Shown piece after piece: positions 22,927 through 35,750 of a DNA stretch of 64,000 nt (within the stretch, counting starts at the first letter, position 1; the number at the start of each line of letters is the position of its first letter). Source of the DNA: Eukaryota sp. GEM-RC1. Lineage: Eukaryota. Where the stretch lies: positions 1,364,001 through 1,428,000 of the forward strand of contig JAUFOQ010000005.1 of NCBI GenBank assembly GCA_040285855.1. Direction: 5' to 3'. A model generated the notes under the pieces. The model ran no database searches. It was not told where the DNA came from and was given only the letters and a program-made list of their open reading frames with translations. The position numbers were made by a program, and so were the translations under genes.

Positions 22927-24177
22927 CTACAAATCCTGAGAAAATCCAGCAACCTCAAACACCTTACTTTCATTACAATACACGTCATTAATCCCTGCAG
23001 AACCCAATACAGCAGTACTAGTACAAGCTAAATCCTCCTCCGCAGCATAACTTCCATTTTTCCAGTACTCACCCACGTCATAAACACCCCACATCACGTC
23101 AGCATCAGAAGGATTCAACAAGGCGGCACAAACTCCAGCCTTAGCTAATTCTACTACAATCAGTTTAACATCACATTGGAAGTTGATGACGTGATCTTGA
23201 TTGGAAAACTGTGATATTGACTCATTTAGTTCTTGTTTGAATCTCATTGGATTGAAGTAAATAACTGGTATACTTGTCTTAAACAGCTCATACACTGTCA
23301 TTAAAGAATCAAAATACATTCTGGCTAAATCGCTCTGTTCTTTTCCAGACATTGAAGATCCTGAAAGGAATACACCAAGTCCAATAGCTGGAATTGCAAG
23401 GTGTGTGTACTCGTAATGTTTAACAGCCGAAAGTACAGTAAACCAAAGATTGCTCAAAATTTTAAATATTTGAGTTGGATCATGTCGAAATGTATCCACT
23501 AACATCGGAGAAAGACTGCTATAAGCAAAATTCAGCCCCGGTACACTAACCAATAGATTAGGTTTACAATCATCTAGAAAACAGCTCCTGATCTGATTCA
23601 GAGCAAACCCCTTTGTATCAACAGCTTGCTCTACAAAGAAATGAACTAGCTGGGCATGTACTACAGAAGAAGCCAAGATCAGCAGAGGAGTTTTAAGGGA
23701 TTTCTGGTAGTGTTCGAAGGAGGAGAAGCCAAGAGATTGCCATTGGGAGGAGTTGTTGGGGGATAGGTTACAGACAGTACCGAAAGGTCTGACATCTTGT
23801 TGGATGATGTTGATTTCTTCATCCTTGAACTTTTTCAAAAGAAGAAGATATGCTGTTTTAGGAATAGACTCAGCACATACGAAGATAGATGTAGATTCAA
23901 GGAGATGTTGTGCACAAGACTTTGTTAACGACACTGTGTTGTTACCGTAAGCATTTCGTAAGTCAGGTGTATCGGCAGCTATAGAAACTAACGTAGAAGG
24001 ATCCTGTTTAGCGAGCGGAACTCTGAGATATGTAAGCCAACCATCATGAAGATTGACAGCAGTAAGTTGTTGAAGGAATTTTCGAGCAGTGAAGCCACAG
24101 CGTTCTCCATAACATATAGGCTTATGATCCAGACCTAGATAGTGGGAGAAGCGTCCAATGGAAGCGTGAAGAGACAT
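22927..24177 (-). CDS. Putative macrodomain-fold ADP-ribosylhydrolase (permuted PARG/MavL/Larg1-like), 416 aa
   Basis: Intact ORF conserved in its paralog. HLAIPAIGLGVF resembles the macrodomain diphosphate loop; C-terminal LLN..GEYWKNGSYAAEEDLA resembles the PARG-type catalytic loop. Function is inferred. Confidence 0.65.
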   Translation of the reverse strand: MSLHASIGRFSHYLGLDHKPICYGERCGFTARKFLQQLTAVNLHDGWLTYLRVPLAKQDPSTLVSIAADTPDLRNAYGNNTVSLTKSCAQHLLESTSIFVCAESIPKTAYLLLLKKFKDEEINIIQQDVRPFGTVCNLSPNNSSQWQSLGFSSFEHYQKSLKTPLLILASSVVHAQLVHFFVEQAVDTKGFALNQIRSCFLDDCKPNLLVSVPGLNFAYSSLSPMLVDTFRHDPTQIFKILSNLWFTVLSAVKHYEYTHLAIPAIGLGVFLSGSSMSGKEQSDLARMYFDSLMTVYELFKTSIPVIYFNPMRFKQELNESISQFSNQDHVINFQCDVKLIVVELAKAGVCAALLNPSDADVMWGVYDVGEYWKNGSYAAEEDLACTSTAVLGSAGINDVYCNESKVFEVAGFSQDL

Positions 24178-25619
24178 CTTTCCTGTGATTCACAAAGACG
24201 TTCTGTCTTTTCTTTTCTTTTTCTTTTCTTTTCCTTGATCATCTGTAAAGGAATCTCAATGACCCTCATGACTTTCTCTCTGTCGTGACTAGTTAGGTCC
24301 TTCTGTCACCGCTTTCTTTCATACCTCCCGCAAGTTCTTTGATCAGTATATCCAGACTCAATCGGAATTTCCCTTTGAAATCATCTTTAACCTTCCTTAC
24401 TTACATACTTACTTATACTTCGGTTACACTCAGACCTATAATAACTCTTCCACTAACTCTTCTTGATACTCTTCCCTATTATTTCCCTCGTTCAGTAGAA
24501 GAAGCTTCCGCTACTAGTCCTCTTCTCCCCTGCAGATGTAGGTAATGAATGGGGAGAGTACTAAGATCCTAAGTGAACTCTTTCTATTGTTGACATTATT
24601 CTCCCTACTTCGCCTTCTTTTTTTGATGAAGTAAATGATCTTAAGGAAATCGAATCACGTTCTGTCGACTGTGATTGTAAATGGCTTTCACATAATTGAT
24701 GCTATATGGTACTGGAAGAAATTTCCAGTACTTTACTATTCGTTGTTACATTGCACAATAATTTTAATTTATATTACTGGTCAAATTATTTAAATGATCC
24801 ACATGTACAGATTCACTGACATTGTGTGGCGTACCTTGCACCGGTCGGAAAGTGTCGTAACCTGATTGGTCTTGACCATGATGACGTCATCAATCGTGGC
24901 TATTTCCTGCAGGTCACTCACCGACAGTTTGAAGCTTTGTCTATTACTTCTAGTTCCCTGAAATCTTCAATGACCTAGAGTTAGTGGAAATTTGTCATGT
25001 GGATGTGGAAGCTTTTCTAAGACCAACATAAGTTTACTTGATAGTGTAATTGAACAGGAAAGATCCAAGAGTCGTCGATGGTTTTCAACCTTAAAACTAG
25101 ATACGAAGTTAAGAAGAAGTGAAAGAACATCATGACAGACTCGTTTCCGAAAACGATATTATTCAGCAACAACTTAACAGAGGCATCTTCAGCCAAGAGT
25201 GGTAATGTCGACCTCGCAATGGTGAATCTTTTGAGAGACGTAAAAGATTCAAGATCAAAGAACACCAAGTTACAATCACGAGGATGTTTGAAGATTAATT
25301 CACTCAAAGACATGTTAAGGTGTAACAAAATAAACAAGATTTGGCCCTATATAGTATCAGCATGAAGTACTTTGAGGAATGGTAAATTCTTCAGCTTTAG
25401 AAACAGACCAGGCTCCAACTTTACTGCTGGAAGTTTGACTCGTGGATGTTGAAGATTTTGTAAGAGTGAAATAAGTTCACTTGGTTTTGTATTTGAAGAA
25501 GAAAGATCCAAGAGTAGTTGGTGGTTTTTGATTTTAAAACCAGAAAGAGAGTGATTGAATAGAGGAACATCATCTGGGCCAGGGTTGTTAAAAAATGATT
25601 TAAATAAATTATTGCACGC

Positions 25620-26296
25620 TGAATAAAACAAAATCAATAATTGCCGTATTTTAGTACACTAGAATAAATAATTGCCGTATTTGCGATACAAAAATAAATA
25701 ATTGCAATGATTTAAATAATTTTTATTGTTTCACAACATGATAAAGATGCATTGAACTGTTTTTCGATCACTCACTTGAACCTTGTCCTGTGGATTTCGT
25801 TGTACATAAGTAGTAATGGGAATATCACCGTTTGCAGCAGCCATCTCAGAGTCATAGTTTTTGTGGTGTTTATTGATGTGGGACATTAAGTTAGCATATC
25901 CTTTGAACTTAAGAATAGACTCACTTATATTGGGCATCTCTGACCAGTGTAAGAGACTTTACCCTCATGAAGATCAGAAAGTTGTTGTTCAGTTTTCCGG
26001 AAGTAAAACAAGGCAACTTCTTTTATTGATGAAGTGGAGGAGATAGAACTGATTCGGTGAGTTTGCTGTTAACTTTATTTTATCCACTAATAAATTTAAG
26101 GCATCTATACTTATTGTAAGTCAGTAATTAAACTAATGGTTAAAACAAAAAATACACAAAGATTAGTACCAATAATTTAAATAATTTCTAGATCAACAAT
26201 AAATGATTGCCGTATTTCATTTAGCAAAATCAATAATTGCCTTATGTTACCTGAGAAAAGTAAATTATTTTTACAATAATTTTTTGCCTTTATTTA
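25620..26296 (-). mobile_element. hAT relic (BED-finger fragment, ATTGCCGTATT subterminal repeats)
   Basis: KGYANLMSHINKHH resembles GFQNLKTHVENHH of the 60.6-kb hAT; repeated aattgccgta; the paralogous end ..cacatccctg lies at ~50279. Confidence 0.6.
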
Positions 26297-28516
26297 TTTT
26301 TAATTTACAAGTTTTATTGACAACAACACTACAGTGTACTTACAGCTAATAATCAATATCCTCAAAGTCCAGATTGCCTAACTGGAAATTTTCACCTACC
26401 TTATCCTCATAATGTCTGCCAAGAGATAATAAAGCGCTAGATACAGAAGTCACCATACCTTTAAAGATAGCAAACACGATTCGATTTTTCCAAAATCTAA
26501 GATCAAAAGTCCCAGATGTTTTTTCTTTAACAATCTTCACAAAGATTTCAAGTAATGATGTTGCAGATTCACCTAAAGAACCGTACAGCGAAAATACAAA
26601 CGGGTACAACAAGTAATTCGACTGTGAAGCCGAATTCAATAATTTCAATTTAGCACAATATTTTTGCATTTTAAATTTTTCACCAATGAGCAAGGGGTTT
26701 TTAGCATTAGATTTAGCAAGTTTCTTGTTGGAATCATTACAAACATCGATAGACATAACATCAGCAATAATGAAAGATCCATCAAGACCAGGAAATATGA
26801 CATCACCACGGCTATTTCCAAACGATTTGTCAACATCTGTATCATCAAACAAACCAGCCAGAACTGGTTCTAAAAAGGAAACTATTCCATAAGATTTACA
26901 CATACAATATAATTGATCCCTTACTGAATCATGAACCTTACTTCTAAACGAAATAAAACGGTTACAATTCAATAAATGTGTAGGTGTTACAGATTGCCCA
27001 CATTGGCATTTCAAATTATGTGGAAGGTTATCAGGCCAAATATATGACCGTAAACGCATGTTTAATGACCAAGAGTTATCATCAAGAAGAAGACCGTAAA
27101 CTTGAGGGATTTGAGTTATCAGAAATGAAGCAGAGCTATCAGAAACATCCATTAAGAAATTTGCAAAAGCGGGATTTTTTCCTTGGCCATGCCAAGTCGA
27201 ACATTATAATCCAAGCTTTCGAAAATATTTGTGAGTTTTTGTTGTAATTTTTTCAGACAGAACTGAAGATTAGTCAAAGATCTTTCAGGTATTTCAGACA
27301 CAGATTCTGGGAAACACTGAGACCAAACGTCAAATGGTAATTTGATTAACGCTTCGTTTAAGTCAAATAAATATTTACATGAATTGGGGTTAACAATGGA
27401 AATGTCATTAGGAAATCGATTAACAAATTCAAAGATGAAATTTTTTCCACCGCCTAAAAAAGCAGATTTGCAAAAAAATTGATGATTTGGTAAAACCAAT
27501 ACCACCAAAATGAGCAGAAGTAAACAAATGACTTCTAAGTAACGTTGAATCAACTTCTAACAATGAAGCAAAAAAATTAATCCTCAACTCGTCAAAAGAT
27601 CTACAAAAGTTCTGAGCGATTGAAGGAGCAGTAGATCTCAAAATATGTGTGATTTTTCCGGAGTAGCAAATTTTTAAAATAAAAAACTTGACATGTTTTT
27701 CAATATCATATGAAGAAATTGTGTTGAGTTCTGAACCAATTTTGTCCAAACAATTAGATAATTCTTGAGAAAATTTAGGAACATTCCCAAGCCAACATCC
27801 TAGAAAACGAAAAGCATCTTCAACATAATTGATAAATGGAATCTGAACTCCATTAATAAATAATTCTTGTGCAGAACTACCAATTAATAAACATTTGTCT
27901 GGGTTCAGAGATAAACCCAATGTTTCATAAGTATCAGCCACTTCCACAGCGACTTTTTTTTAACAATTCAAGGGGACCAATAATAGAAATATCATCCATA
28001 TAGCCAACTATCTTAAGGTCTGGGTATTTTTCTAAAATACACACAAAAGCGAATCATGAATAGCCAAACAAAAGAACAGAGGACCAAGAGGATCTCCTTG
28101 TTTAACACCAGGCATAGATTTCAATGAATATGAATCATAAATTAAATCGCTTGGTTTTCCATAAAATAAATAAAAGTAGGACGTCAACTCAGGAAAGTCT
28201 TTTTCAATAGCAGCAAAAACAGATTTACGACTAACTGAATTAAAGGTATTTTTAAAATCAAGATTAAAAATGAAATTATCATCATGTGAATTGAAAAACA
28301 AATCTGATGTTAAGGCAGCAACAAAAGCCCCGTCAATTGTCTTAATTCCAAATTGCAATGGAGACAAAAAGCGACCCGCTTTATTGACCACTCGATTAAA
28401 CACAATTGAAGCGAATAAACGAGAAATTGATTCTCCAACTGCAATTGAACGGATTCCATCAGGCTTAATTCCATTACCTGGTTTTACTAAAGCACTAAGT
28501 CGAGCAACAGTCAATT
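26297..28516 (-). mobile_element. 5'-truncated CRE-like (RT plus restriction-like endonuclease) non-LTR retrotransposon, young
   Basis: RT motifs R.IAVGE, LDFKNTFNSVSR, GVKQGDPLGP, GYMDD; CCHC finger; endonuclease HDSVRD..EP..RGD..IADV..K..KY..PFVFSLYG; 10-bp TSD cctttattta (26287-26296, 28517-28526); empty site at ~50243. Confidence 0.92.
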
Positions 28517-31380
28517 CCTTTATTTAAATGTATATATTTTTTCACAGGGCAGACGGAAACGAGATTGTTATCAAGGAACATCTTTTGCCAGAAATATTCT
28601 TGTGGTTACTGTAAAATTTAAAATATAGAGGGTCAGTAGTATTGATGTATGGCAGTTTTGGAGACAATTTAATGTCTGTTAGAAGAGTATTAACATAAAT
28701 CTATTTGAAACTTCTTATTGACATAAAATTAGGTGATTTGGAAAGTTGTAAGCAACTTGGTCAGTAAAAGAAGAAAATCAAAAGAAAGAGAATTTGTCAT
28801 TGGTTAACGTCATTTATCTCTAAATTATTTTCTGACTGACCAGCACATATATCACTACTTTAGCCACATGCACTTGTAAATCGTACTGTTTCTTTACCAC
28901 ACGGTTTTGAGTGGGCATCGATGCTCCTATTAGCACACGACTTTACAAGGGTGAAGAAATGAAAGAACTACACTGTAAGTAGCTGAATCCTCCTACTATA
29001 GTTCTGATAACCTTGTGGTTTTCAGTTGTGTACTTGCTAATTCTATAATACTACAACAATTGTCTCTGTTTCGTCAATTTTATTCCTTTGATGTGGACAG
29101 ATGAATTACTTTTATTTACAGTTTTACACATACCAAATTTGTTCAATTTTGTTACATTTCACTGTATTTACACGATTTTTACTTGTTATTATTGTGAATA
29201 AATATACATGTACCAGTATGTGTTTGTATGCTGCTTCTACTGAGTTATCTCACTAGGAGATCTTCGTCAGTAAATGACTTTGTAATGCTGTCACATCTTA
29301 TTTCTTGTTTTTCTCTATTCCTCATTAATTATTGATATCGAGTAGCTCAACTGGACTGAAATTCATCACATTCGTGCGTATTCTCAAGTCTATATCAGCA
29401 AGTGTGTTCAACAAATCTGACTACAGGGATATCCATTAACTTCTCAATGAAAAGTTCACAGCTTATGACATATCCATATTCTGTTTATTCGACAACATCC
29501 CCACTTTGTATGATAGCAGCCGTATTGAATTACATCAAAAACATTGCAAGCTTCTGGTTGGGTCTGCAAATTTCCTTCCATCATGAGATGACTATTTAAA
29601 TTCAGCTTTTAGATTATTTTGTCAATTTTATATTACGGGACTGATATATTTACTGATTCGGCCACAGTTGGAAAATGCCTATTTAGATTTACAACTGGAT
29701 GACAGTGCTTGATAGCTCATAATCACATATACTTGATATCATCTGCACTCGTGAAGTGATAGTCCTGGTTCAAATAAGATGATAACAGGTAGATGGAAGT
29801 TATTTTCAATAGCAGCAGTTCAGTAGGGAAACTACTCGGTCTGGAACAATTTTTTTTAAACTTTATACTAACGTTCGTTTGTTTGTTAAAATGGTTAACT
29901 GTTGTAATATTTCAATTCAATGGGAAATCGTTCTATTTGCTACTACATGTAGTAGAAATATTTAAAGGAATTTCTGATCCAATAATTGTATTTGAGATTG
30001 AATGTGATGCTACATTAATCGTACCCGAAAAAATTTGAATTTAACAATGTTCTTGTTCAGCTCTAAAGTCGTTACATCACGCATGTATATTTTAAAAAAG
30101 AATACACTTAGGCGAAAAGGATGCGGAACACTTTTTATACAAGGAACGATATTAGTGATTGTTCAGATTTAACCACCATGGAAATGTAACCTTCTAGAAA
30201 ACACGAGAGTCCTAATAGAGGGACTCCTTCAGGTTCTTAATGAGCAGGTACTTGTAGAACACATTTGAAATCAAGTAGTCGTTGAAGACTGGTAGCATAT
30301 TACATATCCACATTATTTGAATCAAGTGTTTGAGTTCGAATCATGTGTTAAGATACACATTCATTGAATGAACCACTGTTATTGACATGTACTGTAAATC
30401 AAGAGGTTCATGGCTCAATCGAGAGGATGAGCAGTCTTCATCAATTAAAGATGTGACAGTAGGAGATTATCTTAATCAAATTAAACAATAAATGCCAGCG
30501 TTTGCGATTGTATTATGATAATTATTTTGGTCCTTTTCATCGATATGTATACCATCCAAAAAATTGAAATCAAAGATTGAACACCAAAAAGTACTGATAA
30601 CAAAATTGCTGTTTCATCTCGATGAACTGTATCTGGATTAAACATCAGATGGAAAACACAGTATATTCATCAATGGTAAATACCACACTTTTCGATTACA
30701 TGTACTGGGTTGTTGTGTCAGGAATTCCTAGAATTCCTAAAATTACGATTTCTGCAGGAATTCCTGGAACTCTTAGAGTTACGATTACAACTGTACTTCT
30801 GAAATTACTAAAATTACTCTGAGAATTTCTGTGAAAGACTGAACTTTAGATTTTGAGAACCCTACTTTCAATTGCTGAATAAGTGACTAAACCTACCCTA
30901 TGTGGGTACATCTGATACGTAGCTCAAAGTAACGATTTTGGTATCATAACCCTCAGTCTGGTCACACACATTATTCTAAGAACACAACGTTGATATCTCT
31001 GTTACATTTTAACCAATTAGATGACAGATAACTGCACCTGAAAAGTGTTGTTTCATTCAAAAACGTATTTTGACTGAGAAATTGTATTTGAATCGATCAT
31101 TAGTTTTGTAGTAGCCAGAATAATTCAATCAAACAACGAAACTGCAGGCATGACATTGAATTGATTCATTTTGTTCAGCTTTACCCATAGAATTGAATTG
31201 ATCATTAAGAATTTATTAAAGGAATTCCTCCAAAACTAGTAACTCTAGAGTTGAAAAAATGACCTTCATGAATTGCTACAATTACGATTACTGAAAATTT
31301 GTAATTGAAAACTATGGTAAATACTACCTTAGTTACTCTGGTCTTGATCTTTTAGATTCTCATCTCCTGAAGACATTGTT

Positions 31381-32139
31381 CTACCTAAATAAGTAGGAGA
31401 GAAGGTCAGAATCACGTTGAAATACTATGTCAGCTTCAGGTTGGCATGACTCATCCAATACCTTTCTAACCAAGTACCTATCATGTTCAAGTGAAATCAA
31501 TTGACCTGGAACCACATCCTGATGAAATCCTGCATCTTTGTATTCAAAAGAGAAGTCAAAAGGAACAATAGTATTGGGATTCCTTGAGAGCATGTCAAAC
31601 TTAAACTTATCAGCAACTTCCTGTTTCTTTGCGATGTTTATCTCGATAGGATAAACAACTTCTCCAGCAACTCCGGCTCAATCAAAGTCGATGATCGCAA
31701 TCGTGCCATCATTACGCACTAAAATACTATTAGGCCGGAGATCACCATGTACACAGGGAGGATCATGTTCATGCATGGCTTTTACGGCTTTGTTAAATGA
31801 TTTTTTGGCTTTACTTATCAATTCTAAATCGGCTTTTAGAATTACACTGTCAAAACCATCAACAACATACAATCTCTCCATGACAACGACAATCCAGTCC
31901 CCGCATGGAAGAGTGTCCAACAACCTAGGTGCATAACCAAGTTGGGCCAAGTAATTATGAACATCAACACCATAACGTCCTTGAACAAACTTCACCAACA
32001 CCCACTGGTGATCTCTGTTCTTGCCTTCAAACAGAAGATCACTCTTGTCGAAAATATTGTAAATAAAAAGATTTAAGTGATCCAAAACGGGAACGTGATT
32101 AACGCGCAGTACAGACAAGACCAGCAAACAGCATTTCAT
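31381..32139 (-). pseudogene. Decayed Crinkler-type/fungal-type kinase domain
   Basis: VLVKFV..RYG.DVH..LA..GYAPRL, WIVVVME, VHGDLRPN.ILV, IIDFD*AG (expected DFDWAG; TGA stop); 5' part degenerate. Confidence 0.65.
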
Positions 32140-32915
32140 TCAAGAAAATTGACGTTGCTGTCCCAAAATGCTTCACAAACTCATAATGTAACAGTTATAA
32201 CTTCATACAAGAGAAAGCGATACATTTCTGCCCTCAAACTGTAGTCTGGACCTACACATCAAGTGTGTTTTAGTTTCAGTTACTGATTTCAGGCGAGATC
32301 TAAGTGTGAGGTCAAAACAGTGTGATGTACAAAAGTCAATCTATGTCCAGGTTAATTCCTCCTATCATTGTCCCTTGAGTCACTTATATTGCACTCTTGA
32401 TGGTAAATTGCTGCTGAACAACCGAAATAATGAACTAATGTATCCACCAGGTCTTCAAATATATTCGTGTTAACGTCGCTCTCAAATACTATGCTTTGAC
32501 AACTAATTGCGATGGATATGCACTTCTTCCAGTACTAGTACAACATTAGTTCTTTTACTAAGTGGAGTATACCCTCTAGAAACTCGTCAATATGGTGACG
32601 TTTACATTCTTGATTGAGAACAGTCCCAATAAAGATGCATGTTTAAAAGGATACATACATTACTAAAAAGCTGCACAAATTATGTGTTGTAATCAGAAAT
32701 GAAACAAAAGTTCTAATCTCGAGATACTTCAGGTATTCCTGTCATGTTGAAACTAAATATTAATAGTTTTTGATCTTGTTCTTTATTATAAGCAAGCTCA
32801 TCAACAGGTATAATGATGTCAACTTTTATATGTAAAGGTCTTCTCTACTAGTGTCATAATCCATAGATTTGAATCACTACTTCAAATTAGGAAACTTACA
32901 TAAACATTATCAACT

Positions 32916-34447
32916 TTATTCAATGATTTCAAGTACATGATCACTATGATACATAAAAGCATACGGATAATAATTACCGCTACTTAACCTAGGAAGAGTT
33001 CCAGTAAGATTAATTGAAGAATTACTCACGGATTTGATTGTCAAAGTGTGATTGATGAGATTTACATTGATTTCGAGTAATTCACAAGGATTCCACTGAG
33101 TTTTGTTTCCTGAGAGACAGCCCCAAACATTATAACCATTATTGCAGAAACAGTGAGCACTCCCAAAACAAGCACCTTCAACACTAAACTTTGACTCGTC
33201 AATGACTCCAACAATAAGACTATTAGTAGTCCCCTGGTGCCTCAACTTCCAAGTATACACATTACCTGGAAGAAGTGGATCTTCTGCCAAGATATTTCTA
33301 TGCCCATAACTACCACTTCCAACAACAACTCTCTTTCTATCCCTACTAACTTGTAATTCAGAATGTTTCTTAATTGGGGAGAATCTAATCACTTTTGATT
33401 GAGGAACTGATTGAGACACCACTTGAGTTTCTGTAATTGTCTTTTTAAGTTGTTCATTTTCTTGTTTTAGTTTAGCAATTTCGTTAGACTTTGTAGCAGT
33501 CAGATTCTGAATATCAGTTGTTAAACCAGCATTGTTTGTTTCTAAAACAGAAATTGTTGTCTTCAAAAGATGATTTTCCGTTGTTAAATCAGTAGTAAGT
33601 GTGTTTAAGTCAGAATTGTTGCTTTCTAAATCCGAACATTTGGTAGTTAATTCAGAATTTTGAATGTTCAAATCAACATTTTCCTTCACCAACGAGTCAA
33701 AATAAAGATTCTTAACTCTTGTAAACAGAAACTTCATCAAATCGGCTTCCAATTCTTCAACATCTTTTAAAGGAACAAACAGAAACTCATCCCATTGTTG
33801 AAAGAAAAGGCTTCAATTGAACAAGAATTTAATACAGTTAAAAACTCATTCAAATCAAATCTTTGATTCAAAATTGATTCCACCATTGATTTAATGAACC
33901 ACGATTGAGATTGAGTGGAAGTACAATATTTTGAAAGTGTTTGTAACCCTTCAGTAGTGATTTCCATCACGTCATCAATCATAAGGTCATCAATCTTACA
34001 AAAGAAAGGACCAACGAATTCCAGAGCTCTCAAGTCATTTCTTTCATCTGCTTCTTTAATGAATGGTTTTAACCAAGCCCAAGTCATGAGATGAGTGTTG
34101 AGGTGGTTTTCCACGTGGTCAATAAGCGCCTTCACTTGGAAGTAGTGTACGAGGTAGAAGTAGTTGTAGGCATTGTTTTCGTTGAGGGTGAAAGATCGTC
34201 CAAAGAAGGACTTGATGAAGGCAAGAAAGTTGTTGGAATGGACAGGGAGATGGGAGAAGTCGATTGGGTTTTCGTCTCTATCACCAAACTCCAAGAACCA
34301 TAGAGACCGGAAGTACGTAGAATGAGCAGCAAGGATGATTCTGTGTACTTCAATAGACTCTTCTCCAAATGTAATAGTTTGATTACAGAGGGAAGAATCA
34401 TCGAGGATGATGGAAAGAGTATCTGTTGGAGGAAGAGAGAATGACAT
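32916..34447 (-). CDS. BTB/POZ - coiled coil - SPRY/B30.2-like protein; one 1-nt deletion near 33803
   Basis: BTB signature EVHRIILAAHSTYFRSLW; heptad repeats; beta-rich C-terminus (YTWKLR..LIVGVID..INVNL..YYPYAFMY). Adding one T joins ORFs 33767..34456 and 32916..33752. Confidence 0.8.
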
Positions 34448-34499
34448 GAGAAGCAAAGCAAAAGGATCAAGAGAGGTATTTCCAGTGTTATCAATTTTC

Positions 34500-35170
34500 T
34501 AGTGTTACACGAAACGTGTGAATTTCAATTTGGAAACGTTTCGGAAACGTTTCCACGTTTCCACGTTTCCGAAACGTGTTTTTTACGTGTCTGATCTTAC
34601 ATTTCCTATCACTCACTCTCACCCTAAATCTTCTAACTTGTTTCATGAAGGAGCTGGCAGATTACTTCACGACAGTCATCATTGACTGAACTGATGAGGA
34701 TGTGATCATTGTTGAAGATGATACTCATCTTCCGGTGTCTGTATTATCGTCTAGTGTGGAAGGATAAAGATCCCAAGGTATTATGTAAGCTTTGCGGTCA
34801 TAGACTCTTTGTAGGAAGTACCTACCGGATGAGGCAACATCGGTACGCTCTTCCTGGGAACAAAACTTGTAAAAAACCTCAATCTGAATCAGAGTCTGAC
34901 ATTGATCCTCTTTTAGATATACTTGAGGACGATCTATAATAGAGTAGAATGAGTGATCACCCACTCTGTATGATATGCTTGAAGGTTATAGTTTTTGGTG
35001 AGTTTATATGACAATAAACACTATGTAACACTGTACAAGTATGATGTTCTAATGGACGTTTCGGAAACGTCTTCCACGTTTGCAATCCGTTTCCAAATGC
35101 AAAGGAACGTTTTGGAAACGTTTCTGAAACGGACAACGTGGAAACGTTTCCACGTTTCATGTAACACCTA
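34500..35170 (+). mobile_element. Non-autonomous hAT-like element with BED-finger remnant
   Basis: TIR tagtgttacacgaaacgtg / cacgtttcatgtaacaccta; GAAACGTTTC palindromes; CKLCG...RMRQH. TSD not evident. Confidence 0.8.
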
Positions 35171-35237
35171 GACGTGTCACTACGTGTCTGATTTTCAAAT
35201 GTACCGATGAATGCTCCTCCGACCAATTTTTCGTTTC

Positions 35238-35750
35238 ATGTCTTACGATCCCGCTGAAGCATCTCGTCTTCTTACTGATAGGTTTGCAACATTCCTCTCC
35301 CAAAGCCTCCAAAAGAAGAATGCCGTGCAATACAGACACTCAATCACAACTGAAAACAGGGTCATCCTCATTCAAACCAAGGAGGTTCTCTATGCTATTG
35401 GGGCCAAGTTTGGGAAGTTTGAGAACGTTGGTCAAAAACTTCATGCCGCTCATGCAGTTGCGACGAAGTTTTTAGCTGAATGCGGTATTGAACTGAAGAT
35501 TCACATCATTGTTCTTGTTCATGCTAGCTATATATCTTATGAAACATTTGCAAGGCCCAATACTGAAGTCCAAGTGTTACCAGTGTTGCATCCAGCCAAG
35601 TTTTTTGGAGGAAAAATTTCTGATACAGACATTGACCAATCTTTCACAAACCTTTGTAGAGCTTGTGAAGAGAATGGTAACTCATTTTTCAACTTATTCT
35701 GGCAGGCTGTTCTTGCTGGTGCTGTGATTGCTGCAATTTGCTTTTTGTAG
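35238..35750 (+). CDS. Hypothetical protein with hydrophobic C-terminus (possible tail anchor)
   Basis: 170-aa open frame from MSYDP; ends FWQAVLAGAVIAAICFL. No family recognised. Confidence 0.5.
   Translation: MSYDPAEASRLLTDRFATFLSQSLQKKNAVQYRHSITTENRVILIQTKEVLYAIGAKFGKFENVGQKLHAAHAVATKFLAECGIELKIHIIVLVHASYISYETFARPNTEVQVLPVLHPAKFFGGKISDTDIDQSFTNLCRACEENGNSFFNLFWQAVLAGAVIAAICFL

Larger units (their letters stand above)
5632..31325 (+). repeat. Segmental duplication, copy A
   Basis: Colinear with 37504-53662 from ttgttttgttgctatgtcc to ..ggtaaata, apart from copy-specific insertions. Confidence 0.9.

Noticed and set aside
28560..30700. Possible surface-protein gene (also 300-1290 and 50300-53100)
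   Set aside because: Only short, stop-ridden frames; no product can be supported.
31678..31680. Alternative genetic code (TGA at an expected Trp in DFD*AG; in-frame TAA at 62315)
   Set aside because: Intact genes end in TAA or TAG, and the Trp codons I checked are TGG. These two stops are in a decayed gene and a transposon and are single-base nonsense changes.
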